Assembly: GCA_964016885.1 (NCBI GenBank)
Contig: OZ024740.1
Coordinates: 270,568,001 to 270,632,000 of the forward strand
Direction of reading: 5' to 3'
Source of the DNA: Eledone cirrhosa
Lineage: Eukaryota
Length of the DNA stretch: 64,000 nt
Shown here in pieces: positions 37,281 through 48,692 of the stretch. The number at the start of each line of letters is the position of its first letter. Within the stretch, counting starts at the first letter, position 1. A model generated the notes under the pieces. It saw nothing but the letters and a program-made list of their open reading frames with translations. It was not told the origin of the DNA and ran no database searches. The translations under genes and the position numbers were made by a program.

Positions 37281-38281
37281 TTTCATAATTGTTTCTACTT
37301 TAGGCACCAGGCCAGCAAATTACCCAGTGCATTACTGGTACTTTATGTTATCGACCCCGTAAGGATGAAAGGCAAAGTCAACCTCGGCGGGATTTGAACT
37401 CAGATCGTAAAGGGACGTAACTATGCTGGAAAGTATGGCGTCCGACTCTCTACTGATACTGCCAATCCACCGCCTATTATTTTTCATAATTGTTTCTACT
37501 ATTGGCACAAGGCCAGAAATTACCCAGTACATTACTGGTACTTTATTTTATCGACCCCGTAAGGATGAAAGGCAAAGTTAACCTCGGCGTGATTTGAACT
37601 CAGAATGGCAAGGGCCGTAACTCTATGCGTCAAAGCATGGCGTCCGACCCTCTACCGATACTGCCAATCCTTTCATAATTGTTTCTACTTTAGGCACAAG
37701 GCCAGCAATTAACCAGTGCATTACTGGTACTTTATTTTATCGACCCCGTAAGGATGAAAGGCAAAGTCAACCTCGGCGGGATTTGAACTCAGATCGTAAA
37801 GGGACGTAACTATGCTGGAAAGCATGGCGTCCGACCCTCTACCGATACTGCCAATCCACCGGCCTTGCCAATCCTTTCATAATTGTTTCTACTTTAGGCA
37901 CAAGGCCAGCAATTAACCAGTGCATTACTGGTACTTTATTTTATCGACCCCGTAAGGATGAAAGGCAAAGTCAACCTCGGCGGGATTTGAACTCAGATCG
38001 TAAAGGGACGTAACTATGCTGGAAAGCATGGCGTCCGACCCTCTACCGATACTGCCAATCCACCGGCCTTGCCAATCCTTTCATAATTGTTTCTACTTTA
38101 GGCACAAGGCCAGCAATTACCCAGTGCATTACTGGTACTTTATTTTATCGACCCCGTAAGGATGAAAGGCAAAGTCAACCTCGGCGGGATTTGAACTCAG
38201 ATCGTAAAGGGACGTAACTATGCTAGAAAGCATGGCGTCAAACCCTCTACCGATACTGCCAATCCACCATCCTTTCATAAT
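37281..38281 (-). repeat. Head-to-tail tandem array of 5 family-A SINE units (~190-204 bp)
   Basis: Units start with TTTCATAATTGTTTCTACT at ~37281, 37482, 37671, 37875 and 38079. The array ends with TTTCATAAT at ~38280. Confidence 0.92.
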
Positions 38282-39620
38282 GACCTTTATTTAGACATGA
38301 AACTGTTCCTGTTGTCAACAACTCGTTAAATTGACTGCAAAGTGAAATTCATTGAGTTGTGAAATTCACTTCATCAATTTCATTTGATAAAGAGATCCCA
38401 TAAACAGTCTTGCATAAAGTTGACTATGAATGAAATAAAAAAGATAGCCCAAAACAGATCTAAAAAATAGCATATTTGAATAAAAATTGAAGCCGAATCA
38501 TGCAATAAATCCACTATTTAGAACGTCGTAAAGTAAGTGGCGCAAAACAAAATCAACAGAATACCGTTGTAAAAAAATCTATTTTTATCGCCTTCGTTGT
38601 TCTTGCTGAAGTGCTGCTGAAAACAGCAGTATTGAATACTGAAAGAAAATAAAAACCAAATTGCTATTATTCACTGACTCGTATTGTTTTTCTTTCCTCG
38701 CGTCATGATTATATCTAGTTAATTTGTTTAATACCCGCTACATTGAATATATCCGACGTAACTTGGCTTTCTTTGTAGATCTCCTAATTATTTCTTTACT
38801 AAACAATTCGACAGTCTGTTCTCTTCTATGGAATTCTGAAGAGATCTTTTATCATCTACAGTTGTAATTGGAAACACTGCTTTAATATCACACGTTGCTA
38901 AGTGATGCAGTTTTAACAACCCAGAGGTATCATTTTAAGGATCCTGAAACTCAAGTAACTTTGTCATTGGTTCAAAGTATGTGAATCCCGCTCGATGAGG
39001 CCTCTGCCTTCCAGTCATTTAAGTTCGGCCGGTATATATCTATCATGAATTTGAAATCAGCAATATTAAGAAACTCCTAACTTCGAGAATTAAAATCAGA
39101 AATTCTCTAATATTACGGATTTCTACAGAAAAATAATGTCAGAGCTCTGAGAAAATCCGATCCAGAAAAAGAAAATCTCACGGAAAAAAAATCAACGAAA
39201 TGAGCTCCACTATTTATCAGCTAACTTCCAACAACTTTACTAACCACCGAGTAATCCAGATGATGTTCCACCACCGTTTTGTTTTCTTCCAAATTAGCTA
39301 GTTATCCATAATAATTTCAGTGACCTTTTATCAATTCCCTTGCTGTATTCGCATTCCGCGAATATTTGTCCTCAATTTGATTCGTACGAGAAATTGTTAA
39401 AAGAACACAAGAACTCCGAAATTTGAAATATCATGAAAAAATAATGGAAACCTATATTGTCATTAATCATTTATTTATAGCTGTGAACAGACGTTATGTT
39501 TGCCAATATATTATTTACTTTTGAAAATTGTAAATATTTGTCGATAATGGATATCAAATATACATTTTATAAAGAAATAAATATTCTCATTTCAATAGAA
39601 ACAAACCGAACACGAAATTA

Positions 39621-39778
39621 CAGTGAAATTCCGTTACAACGAAATTGACGGGCTATAAAAAAAATTTGTTGTATCGAAAAATTCTTTATAACGAGATCGA
39701 CCTATCACATCGAGCGTGTGGCCGGGGATTGAAAAAAAATTAGTTATAATGGTATTCGTTATAACGGAATTTTGCCTG
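39621..39778. mobile_element. Tc1/pogo (Tigger-like) MITE
   Basis: TA|CAGTGAAATTCCGTTACAACGAA ... TTCGTTATAACGGAATTTTGCCTG|TA. Confidence 0.75.
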
Positions 39779-39929
39779 TATTTAGAATGCCGTATTTCAT
39801 GAATTGTCCTTTCTTGTCTTTGTCTTGTTAGTAGGATTCAGGATTCTAAGCGCTTCGGAAATTTCGCCTTCAGTGTGTATTTACAAAAGGGAATTACTCT
39901 TTAATAAAACTTTACTGTTACCCTTTAAT

Positions 39930-40525
39930 TCTTCTTATTCTTATTCTTCTTTGCCCACTTATTCCTGGGAGGTTGATGGGAGCAGAGTCCAGCGATTCTT
40001 TCCTAGCACATTCTAACAACATGTCCACAATATCGGTGCTTTGATCTCTCAATTCGGAGAAGTAGCGGCTCTACCTGGAGCGTTTCCCTGATCCGAGTTA
40101 CGCACCCTATCAACTAACGTTACACCAGCGACCCTTCGGGGTAACACCATTTCAGCTGCTTGTATTCGCGGTCACGTTCTTTCGGTAATTAGCCACGAAT
40201 CATGACCATATATAAGGGTTGGCAAGAATACCAAATTAAAAATGGCAAGTTCGGCCTTTACACCTACCTCATTTCAACTGTTGAAGCTGGCGCATTACTA
40301 CACAAGATCCTGTAATTCTCACATTTAATTCAGCTTTCTGCTTTCCATCACTCCTGAACACGACACCGAGATACTTGAACTTCTTCACCTGCTTCAGTGT
40401 AACCCCATTCACATGTAGAGTACATAGTGCAAGCTTCTTTGAGAGGACAATTGTCGAGGTCTTCGCAGCACTGATTTTCATTCTCGTCATGCAACACTCG
40501 GCAGAAAACCTATCAAGTGCTTCTC
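39930..40525 (-). mobile_element. RTE-clade LINE 3' relic
   Basis: MKISAAKTSTIVL...LKQVKKFKYLGVVF.SDG. Same family as 52520-53775. Confidence 0.75.
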
Positions 40526-40944
40526 AGCAGTACTGTTCTGTTAGAGAACGGGCCCCATGTTGCGGATATCGATATGACCATTAGATGTGATGGTCAGTTA
40601 CAGTATAAGCGAGCTACTACCCGATGAATAAGCAACACCGGGTTATGAGCAGTACACTACTAGGGGAGACAGAACAATGGATTACACTGTTAGCTCCCAA
40701 CTCTCCCATCCCAGTAATGTAGCTACGACGAGGCGAATAAAGGCCGCTTCTAAAAAAAAGCCTAGTCAGACCGGGTTTGAGAAAAATACCAAATTATTGA
40801 CTGGCGCGAATAAAAACACTGCAATATGGCCAGAAATAGTAAAGGCATCCTTACCACATAGTCCAAGTACTTAACCACACAGCAACATTTAAATAAGATA
40901 TAATTTCACAGGAATCTGAATACTGATCACTGAATTGATGTTTT

Positions 40945-41258
40945 CTGAATTAGGCAGAAGACCAATAATTTGGAGGAGAGGGGAAAGTCGATTAAATCGA
41001 CCCCAGTACGTTACTGGTACATTATTTCATCAAACTGGTACATTATTTCATCATGGAATTGGACACCATGCTTTGCAACTGGGGTCGATTTAATCGACTT
41101 ACCCTTCCCCAAAAATTGTTGGTGTTGTGCCTATACTAGAAATCATTATTTCATCAAACTGTAAGGATAAAAAGCGAAGCTAACCTTGGCGAGATTTGAA
41201 CTCAGAACGTAAAGGGCCGTGAATCTGTACCGAAAAGCTCTACTGACTTTGCCAATCA
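40945..41258 (-). mobile_element. tRNA-derived SINE family A with an embedded inverted fragment
   Basis: GGGAAAGTCGATTAAATCGACCCCAGT and its inverse ACTGGGGTCGATTTAATCGACTT. B-box complement GATTTGAACTCAG. Confidence 0.7.
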
Positions 41259-41847
41259 ACTTAATAAAAGCAACTTAAATATATTTGATTCTTTAGGTAT
41301 TGATTGTTTGTAAGCATGAAGTGCTGACTACTGTCATTTCATCTCATCATGAGAACGGCAGCTTCGAGAATCACTTTATCAATATCAAATTAAATGTTCC
41401 ATTCTGTTACATTTCAACTATTGTTTGTTGTTGTTGTTTATATTATTTTTTTAATTTCATTTTTTAACTCAAAATCCGGAAAACTGATGTGCAATTATCC
41501 GGTATGCAATTCAGCTAAATCGACTGCGGTTTCACGACTATATATGTATGTATGTATGTATGTTAGTATGTATGTATGTGTGTATGTGTGTGTGTATGTG
41601 TGTGTGTGTGTGTGAGTGTGTATGCATGCATGTATGTATGTAAGTATGTATGACTATGTATGCATGACTATGTATGCACGTATGTATCTATGCATACATG
41701 ACTGTATGTAGGTACGTACGTATGTATGCATACATGTGTGTATGTATGCATGCATGTGTGTATGTAGATATGTGTATGCATGCATGTGTGTAGGTACGTA
41801 TGTGTGTATTGGTGTGTGTCTGTATGTAAAAGTACATGTATGTACGT

Positions 41848-41975
41848 ACGTTTGAAGGTCGACTGAAATTGTTCATAGGCAATAACTGGATTGCTTCTTT
41901 CCAGAGACTATGTTGAAAAATAAACTTCATGAGAGTATCTTGGTCAGTCTATGAACTTTTCAGCTTACCCTCGTA
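41848..41975. mobile_element. Mariner-type MITE remnant
   Basis: GAAGGTCGACTGAAATTGTTCATAGGC ... GTCTATGAACTTTTCAGCTTACCCTCGTA, imperfect TIRs. Confidence 0.55.
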
Positions 41976-42209
41976 CATACATATGGGTTGTGCGTGTGTG
42001 TTTGCTTGTGTGTTTATGTATGTGTGTACGTTATATACCAGGTTGGAACGACAGATTTTCGAGACAAACATCTTGAACAATCTGATGTTCAAGCAACAAA
42101 AACAATATTTACAAAAACGTGTGCAGCTTGACCCCATGTTTGATCCAACTAAAAAACACATTTGACATATCACGCTCTATGGGTTTCATAGAGGATCTAT
42201 AAAAAAAAA

Positions 42210-42512
42210 GGTCTAAAGTCTGTCTGAAGCCATTTAAGGCTTGATAGGCCGGTGCTTATCCCGATTTCATGGCGTGAAGCGACTGAGAGTACACGACACC
42301 CCCTGGACAGGATACTAGTCCATCTTAGAGCTAGACCTCCACCTATTGGTGGTACTCATTTTCAGCGGAGGATACTGGAGCAATGTGAAATGAAGTGTTT
42401 TGCTCAAGAACACATCGTGCAACCCAACCCAACCCAACCCAACCCAGGAATCGAACCCACGACATTATGATCGTAAGTCCAACCCGCTAACCACTAGGCC
42501 ACGCATCTCCAT
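42210..42512 (-). mobile_element. tRNA-derived SINE, family B
   Basis: Minus strand TGGCCTAGTGGTTAG...GGTTCGATTCCTGG...GTGTTCTTGAGCAAAACACTT, matching 31381-31500. Confidence 0.8.
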
Positions 42513-44249
42513 AGAGGGTTCAACACAAATGTAACAAGAATATTCATTGTGAGGTTGATGCAGAATGTGAAAGGACATGTAGGGTGTGGTTTAACTAGTT
42601 TAGAAATGCAGTTTTTAGTCTAAAGGAGGAGCTAAGAGAATCCACATGGTCTCCATTCAGAGATAGTGGAAGCGATTATTGCAATAAATCGTGCCGTCAC
42701 GACTAGGGAACTCAGCGGATATTTCAGTAATATGTCCTATGGGAATATAAAACGTTGGAAAATAGGTCTCACATAGGATCTGCCTGTAGAGAATTACCGA
42801 CAACATGTCGATTATTGTAATTGATAGTATGCTAGACAACACCACGTGCCTTTTTGGACGGAGGATGAGAAATTGGTTCTTTCGGGAAATTGTAGCGCAG
42901 AGAATGCAGACAGTGTCCTTTAGGGTCAGCTGAGCCCCAGTCAGGACACGTACGTTGCTGAGTACAACGTCTTAGAATTCGACTTTGCTGTAGCTCACAT
43001 TGACGACTTCAGACATGGACGGGTTGATATCCAGTCATAGGTGCCTGGAGGTCCTCAGCAACAGATTATCTATATCTATGTATTATATAAAAGATTGGAA
43101 CTTCCATCATTCTTTTGAGAAACCTCAACAGTCGTGTTGTCTAAGTAGCAGACATTGAAGGGCGAGCGGACTGAGTGGGTTAGCACGAAAAGGAGCGAAG
43201 CTACGGTGCTGGAACAACTAAGAACCATTGCGGGCATCACCTGATGCTTCGGCAAGGCGAGATGCCGACGAAGTCAAGAATTTCGTTACCCAACTCCTCC
43301 AAATGTCTCGAATTCCACAGGCTAGAAAACATCATTTATCAATAATTCTCGGTACTCTAAATAGTTATTCCTGTCGGTTACGGAAGCAGTGACCCTTGCA
43401 TTTACCACAGCATCCAGAATATGAGAAGGAGCAAAAGAGTCACTGACTGTGGTGTCCCAAATGGGACATCTACCTCATACCCAGGGACAAAGTTTCTCTT
43501 CCCATTAACTCTAGATAATTCAGTCAGCTCCAGAATTGAAGGGATATTTATCCGATTAATTTTTAAATTTAGCTTGGTACCTCGAGTGAAACGACCAATA
43601 TTCAGGCGGCAAAAAAAAAAAAAGGAAAATGAAAAATTTAAAAGGATTGGTTTTGGCAACAACGCATGGAACCAACCTGGAGCAATTGTATCACACAATT
43701 ATACATTTCTCCTTAACGTACACTTATAATTTTTCAAAAGCAAATCCCCCAAAAATAAAATTAAAATAAATAATTATAAATGGCGAGGAACCGCCACTAG
43801 CTTCACAAGAAGAGATAACAAATGGCATCATCCCATCTCCCTCTTGAAAAAAACTGAATCTATTTATCGACAGGTGTGTCTGAAAGGTCAATCCATACTA
43901 CCATTCTATTTCACAGAATTAGAAGCTTTGACCACTTGATAGAATTCAGGACCAGTAATCACTCTGTAATTGTAAACATCTTGTATCACTATCATTCAGG
44001 CTTGCTTTGGTTTTACTGCAATCTTGCCCATGTGGTTTTCTCCACAAACTCACTATTTCTGATTTTACTGCGGATTTATCCATGCTTAGATTTTGTACTT
44101 CTAACGTTTTTATTTTCCTTCTCATTGCATGTTCATTGCTCTTTCTCGCCCACAGTATTTACCTGCCTCTCACATGACCACACTCCTCTCCACGCACTCA
44201 TAATCTTCTCCACTTTCTATTCCTCTCCTGCTCACCCCTTACTTCGTCC

Positions 44250-47200
44250 TCGCGCACAGCCCACTTATGTCTTCGTTCAACCCGTCTGTGGCCCGATGTT
44301 TCGATCGAACTATCACCGGCGATTGCCGATTGATAAAGTTGCCACCACTTTAACCTAGTCCACTCTAGGTGGCGATGGCATGCGTCGAACGACCAAGAGA
44401 CTTGCTTGGTGGAACGACTATGTGACAACCGGTCAGCATTCGACCTCTTATTCTCCACCAACTTCGGCACGCACGAGAGGAGCTAACTGTCCCCACCTAC
44501 CCCTCTTCATCTTCACGGCAGATTCCGAGCGAATTCAACCCGGCCAGCCCCACCACCCCTACAATTGTTAGCCCACCACCCAACCTCCGCTCTAGTCCCA
44601 TCGTTAGAACCATTGCTGTCTCCTTTACTGACTCACTCCCTCCACCGAATTCCAGCGCTGTTCCTCTACTGCCGGCTGCTGCCAGCCCACCACCTGATTG
44701 CGCTCTCTGTGCCCACACTAGCCGGTACTTAAAGACAATTAAATGTCACCTATGCCACGCAAGCTACCACAGAAGCTTTTTCGGCATCACCAAAGCTCAA
44801 GCCGAAAGGCTTCAACACTGAACCTGTATCGGTGCCACTTCAGCTCCGACGTATTCCGTGGGGGTGCCCCACGCTTCGAGGACCAACTCTCTACCGAGGA
44901 CTTTGCCACAGCCCTCCAGGGTTTCTCCAAATCAAAGCTCGTTAACCGGATCCCTAAGGGAGCTCGGAATAGCTTTGCACGTGCCCTCTCTAATTTATTG
45001 AAAAACGTTTGCTCGTCCAACAATAGGTCTGACTGGCAGAAATTGTTTTTGTTTCCTCTCATCTCTCTTCGCATGCACAATGCGAATTCGGGTTCCCTCA
45101 AGTCCTCTCTCAAGCGGTAGTTCCAGCTGTTTGAGTTCACCCCAACCACGTCTCATCTCAGTTCGACATCGAGCTCGGTGTCCACCAATAGACAACCGGT
45201 AGACCTCAAGCGAGCGGTCAATGCCAAATTCAACGAATTTGACATTAAAGGGGCTGTCCGTCTCCTCTCCTCTCTGTCCTCCCTTGCTCCGTGCAACTCT
45301 GATTCTCTTGAGCGACAGAAAGAGAACTCTCATCGGCACCCCCAGATGATCAGCTACACTGGTCGAACAACCAGAATACTCGAGACCGGTTTACACCACC
45401 GATCTCATCAGAAAAGCGATTTCATCCTTCCCCGCTGGGTCAGGTGCGGGAATTGACGGCCCTCGTCCTCAACACCTCAAGGATGGTATCTCCTTATCGG
45501 CCGGTGACGCGGGACTCGAGCTCTTGGAGGGTCTGACTTAGTTTGTGAATCAGTTCTCTTCAGTGAACGTTCTCCCGTTCATCCGCCCACTGTTCTTCGG
45601 TGCGAAGCTATTTGGTCGCAGCAAGCCCAACGGAGACCTGCGTCCCATTGCGGTTGGCTGCACCCTTCGCCGCCTCAATGCAAAGCGTGTTTGCTGTTGG
45701 TCTCCGACTCACAGGCGGAGGAATTTTCCCCCATCCAGCTGGGGGTGGGTACCAAGTTGGAATGTGAGGCTGCTGTCCACGCTACCAGAACATTTACCAA
45801 CTTGCTCTCCTCGTCCCTCAAGGTCATCCTGAAACTTGACCTCAGGAACGCCTTTAACTCCGTCAGCCGCGACGTCGTCCTCGGCTCCGTAAGAGAGAGG
45901 GTCCCATAACTCTACCACTTTGCTTGGCAGGCTTATCGGTATCCCTCCTACCTCTCTTTCGGTGACCAAATCATCACCTCTGCCTCAGGAGTCCAACGGG
46001 GTGACCCACCCGGGCCCGCTCTGCTTGTTCTGGGCATCAATGATGTCACCAAGATGTGGATTGAGTTGGACCTCAATGTGTGGTACCTCGACGACGCCTG
46101 TTTGGAGAGAACTTCGGGTATGGTTCTCACCACTGCCAACAAGATGGTTGAGGAGCTTGGCCGCCGGGGTCTCCAGGTCAATAGCTCCAAATGTGAGCTC
46201 TGGATCCTCAACCACCCGGCTTCTCAGCACCAACAGTTAATCAACCTGTTTACAGAGTCCTTTCCTTCCATCGTGGTCCCTCCCCAATCACAGACCTTGC
46301 CTTCGAGTCAATCTTCCAATCGAAGATGGTTGGCTTTGAGCAGCTGCTGAAGAATATCGAAGTTATCGAACTCCATCAAGGTTTCTTCATACTCAGGAAC
46401 TACCTGTCTATTCCTAAGGTTCTGTATCTGCTCAGGGTGAGCCCCTCTCACAGATTTCCGTTCTGTCTCCAACGCTTCGACGACCTAATCTTCGAGACTC
46501 GAGTGCCTGGTGAATGTTAGACTCTCTCCAGAGTCCCGCGATCAGGCTGCGTTGCCCAAGCGATTTGGGGGTCTTGGTCTTCGTAAGTGTTCGTTCCTCT
46601 CTCTCTCCTGCTTCCTTTCTTCCACCCACGCTTGCTCCACCCTGGTGAGCAGCATCCTCTCCTCTCCAACATGGACTAGTTCCAACAGGGAGTTGGGTGA
46701 AGCTCTCCAGCAATGGAGCGAGTTGGGCTTGTCTCTTCCTAAGAAGGTGGAGGACAGTCGAAGTCAGAGAGCTTGGGACAGCATAAGTTCGAAGGCCACC
46801 TTCGATACCATCTTCGTCCAGTCAGATCAGTTTGCTAGGTGCCGCTTACTATCTGCCACCTCCAAATACTCAGCCGGTGGCCTACTCAGCCTGGACGAAC
46901 TTCGTGTCTCCATCGCTCTCAGAGTGGGAGCTGACGTCTGCATGGGTTTGAGGTGCCGATGCGGCAAACTCCTCGACTCCACGGTTTTTCTTGCCGCCTG
47001 AATGCCGGCCGCTTCGCGCGTCACACGGAGCTAAACCTCATTCTGAAAGGAGCTTTGGCCCGGGTGAACATCCCCTCAGTCTTGGAACCGTCTGGGTTGT
47101 CCAAAAGTGACAGAAAAATACCTAACGGCCTTACCCTGTGCTCCTGGTCAAGAGGCAGGTGCCTTGTCTGGGACGTCACTGTTAGTGACTCTTTTGCTCT

Positions 47201-47417
47201 TTCCCACATCCTCGGTGCTGCGGTTAGGACGAGAGCCACAGCTTCCGCAGCCGAGCGGAGTAATACCTTCAAATACCCTGTTCTGTCAGCCAGCTACATT
47301 TTTCAGCCTGTGGATTTCGAGACATTTGGGGGAGTCGGGCCGCTGACTGCGAGGTTCCTCTCTTCACTGGCGGCTCGCCTAATAGGGGTAACTGGCGAAT
47401 CTCGCGAGGGCGCTTGG
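44250..47417 (+). mobile_element. Near-full-length degenerate CRE-clade non-LTR retrotransposon
   Basis: RIPKGAR...W.KLFLFP, GAGIDGPRPQHLKD, KPNGDLRPIAVGCTLRRL, QLGVG...EAAVHATR, KLDLRNAFNSV, GVQRGDP.GP, WYLDD, LPKRFGGLG, CRCG...HGFSC, RHTELN, EPSGL...W..GRCLVWDVTV, FETFG. 5' boundary approximate. Confidence 0.88.
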
Positions 47418-47444
47418 GCAAATTCCGCCAGATGTATCGTATAT

Positions 47445-47524
<80 letters not shown>

Positions 47525-47566
47525 ATGATATTAAATAAATGGAAACTATATTTATAAAACCATATT

Positions 47567-47629
47567 TATTTTATTATATATATTTCAAGAGTACCAATAC
47601 ACATTGGTACGCTTTCCTCGGATAAAATA
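47567..47629 (-). ncRNA. Hammerhead ribozyme fold, inverted copy, core mutated to CCGAGGA
   Basis: Minus: TATTTTAT-CCGAGGA-AAGCGTACCAA tgtgta TTGGTACTCTT-GAAA-TATATA-TA-ATAAAATA. Confidence 0.65.
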
Positions 47630-47713
47630 CAAAGTTTGTTTTATAAATAGAGACATACCCATGAAAATCATAACTTATCGGTTGGATATTTTATATTTAT
47701 AAAGCAAACTTTG

Positions 47714-47776
47714 TATTTTATCTGAGGAAAGCGTACCAATGTGTCTTGGTACCCTTGAAATATATATAAAAAAATA
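47714..47776 (+). ncRNA. Minimal type I hammerhead ribozyme
   Basis: TATTTTAT-CTGAGGA-AAGCGTACCAA tgtgtc TTGGTACCCTT-GAAA-TATATA-TA-AAAAAATA (one stem I mismatch). Confidence 0.75.
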
Positions 47777-47992
47777 AATATGGTTTTATAAATATAGTTT
47801 CCATTTATTTAATATTATTGAATATTTACCCCCACTAAACTGTTGAGTGCTCTAAACCAGTTATAAACATTTATATTTGTCGGACTTCCAACAAATTAAA
47901 TACCCCTTCTACTTATATATATATATAAGTAGAAGGGGTATAGTGAATAGTGAAGTTTTAAATCAACATATATATATTAAATACCCCTTCAA

Positions 47993-48044
<52 letters not shown>

Positions 48045-48126
48045 TAGAAAGGGTATTTAATATATATATGTTGATTTAAAACTTCACTATTCACAAGTGT
48101 TTTTTAAGCTTCATATCATGTATCCC

Positions 48127-48197
48127 TATTTTATCTGATGAAAACGCAGATATCATCCCATGATGATATTTGTTTTTGAAATGCGCATAATAAAATA
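48127..48197 (+). ncRNA. Minimal type I hammerhead ribozyme, intact
   Basis: TATTTTAT-CTGATGA-AAACGCAGATATCATC ccat GATGATATTTGTTTTT-GAAA-TGCGCA-TA-ATAAAATA. Perfect 8-bp stem I, palindromic stem III, AUA cleavage after 48189. Confidence 0.85.
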
Positions 48198-48225
48198 CTT
48201 GGAACTCTTTTAACCATCTTTTGAT

Positions 48226-48276
<51 letters not shown>

Positions 48277-48648
48277 GATACATCTGGCGGAATTTGCTCA
48301 AAGGTGGAGCTAAGTCGACTGAATCGACTTAATATATAAGTGTGTTATACTTTATAGAACTGGAATGTGGGGTGGAGTCAAACATAACCACGGTAGGATT
48401 TGAACTCGGAATGTTAAAAGATGAAATGTCATATTATTTTAGACAAGAAATCATACTGCTACCGAAAACAAGCCATTCGCTACGAACATATAATAAACAC
48501 TTGGATGATAAGAGCAGGAGAGATAATATTAATAAATATATAACAATATGAAAGTGAATGAAGTTTGAGCCAATAAAGATTGTCGTTAAAATAACTTTCC
48601 TGACACTCAAACATCCGACTTTTAAAGTGGAGGAAGAAAACATTGTAA

Positions 48649-48692
48649 TGCGCATGACACGGCATGTTTCTATGACAACTAACTATGGTAAC
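48649..48692 (+). promoter_or_regulatory. Candidate RFX X-box promoter element
   Basis: GTTTCTATGACAAC (48666-48679) fits the X-box consensus, with an adjacent half-site ATGGTAAC and an NRF1-like TGCGCATG at 48649. Candidate donor AG|GTAAAT at 48792/48793. Lies upstream of TSNAXIP1-like exons. Confidence 0.5.

Noticed and set aside
37281-38281. Regular repeat array resembling CRISPR
   Set aside because: Units are ~200-bp SINEs without unique spacers. Eukaryotic context, no cas genes.
42650-43160. Possible mariner transposase relic
   Set aside because: Only faint motif similarity (WTEDEKLV), with no TIRs or continuous frame.
43260-43800. Possible first exon or promoter of a divergent minus-strand gene, with candidate exons near 38560-38638 and 32023-32053
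   Set aside because: Splice-like signals exist, but no recognisable protein or consistent phase model could be built.
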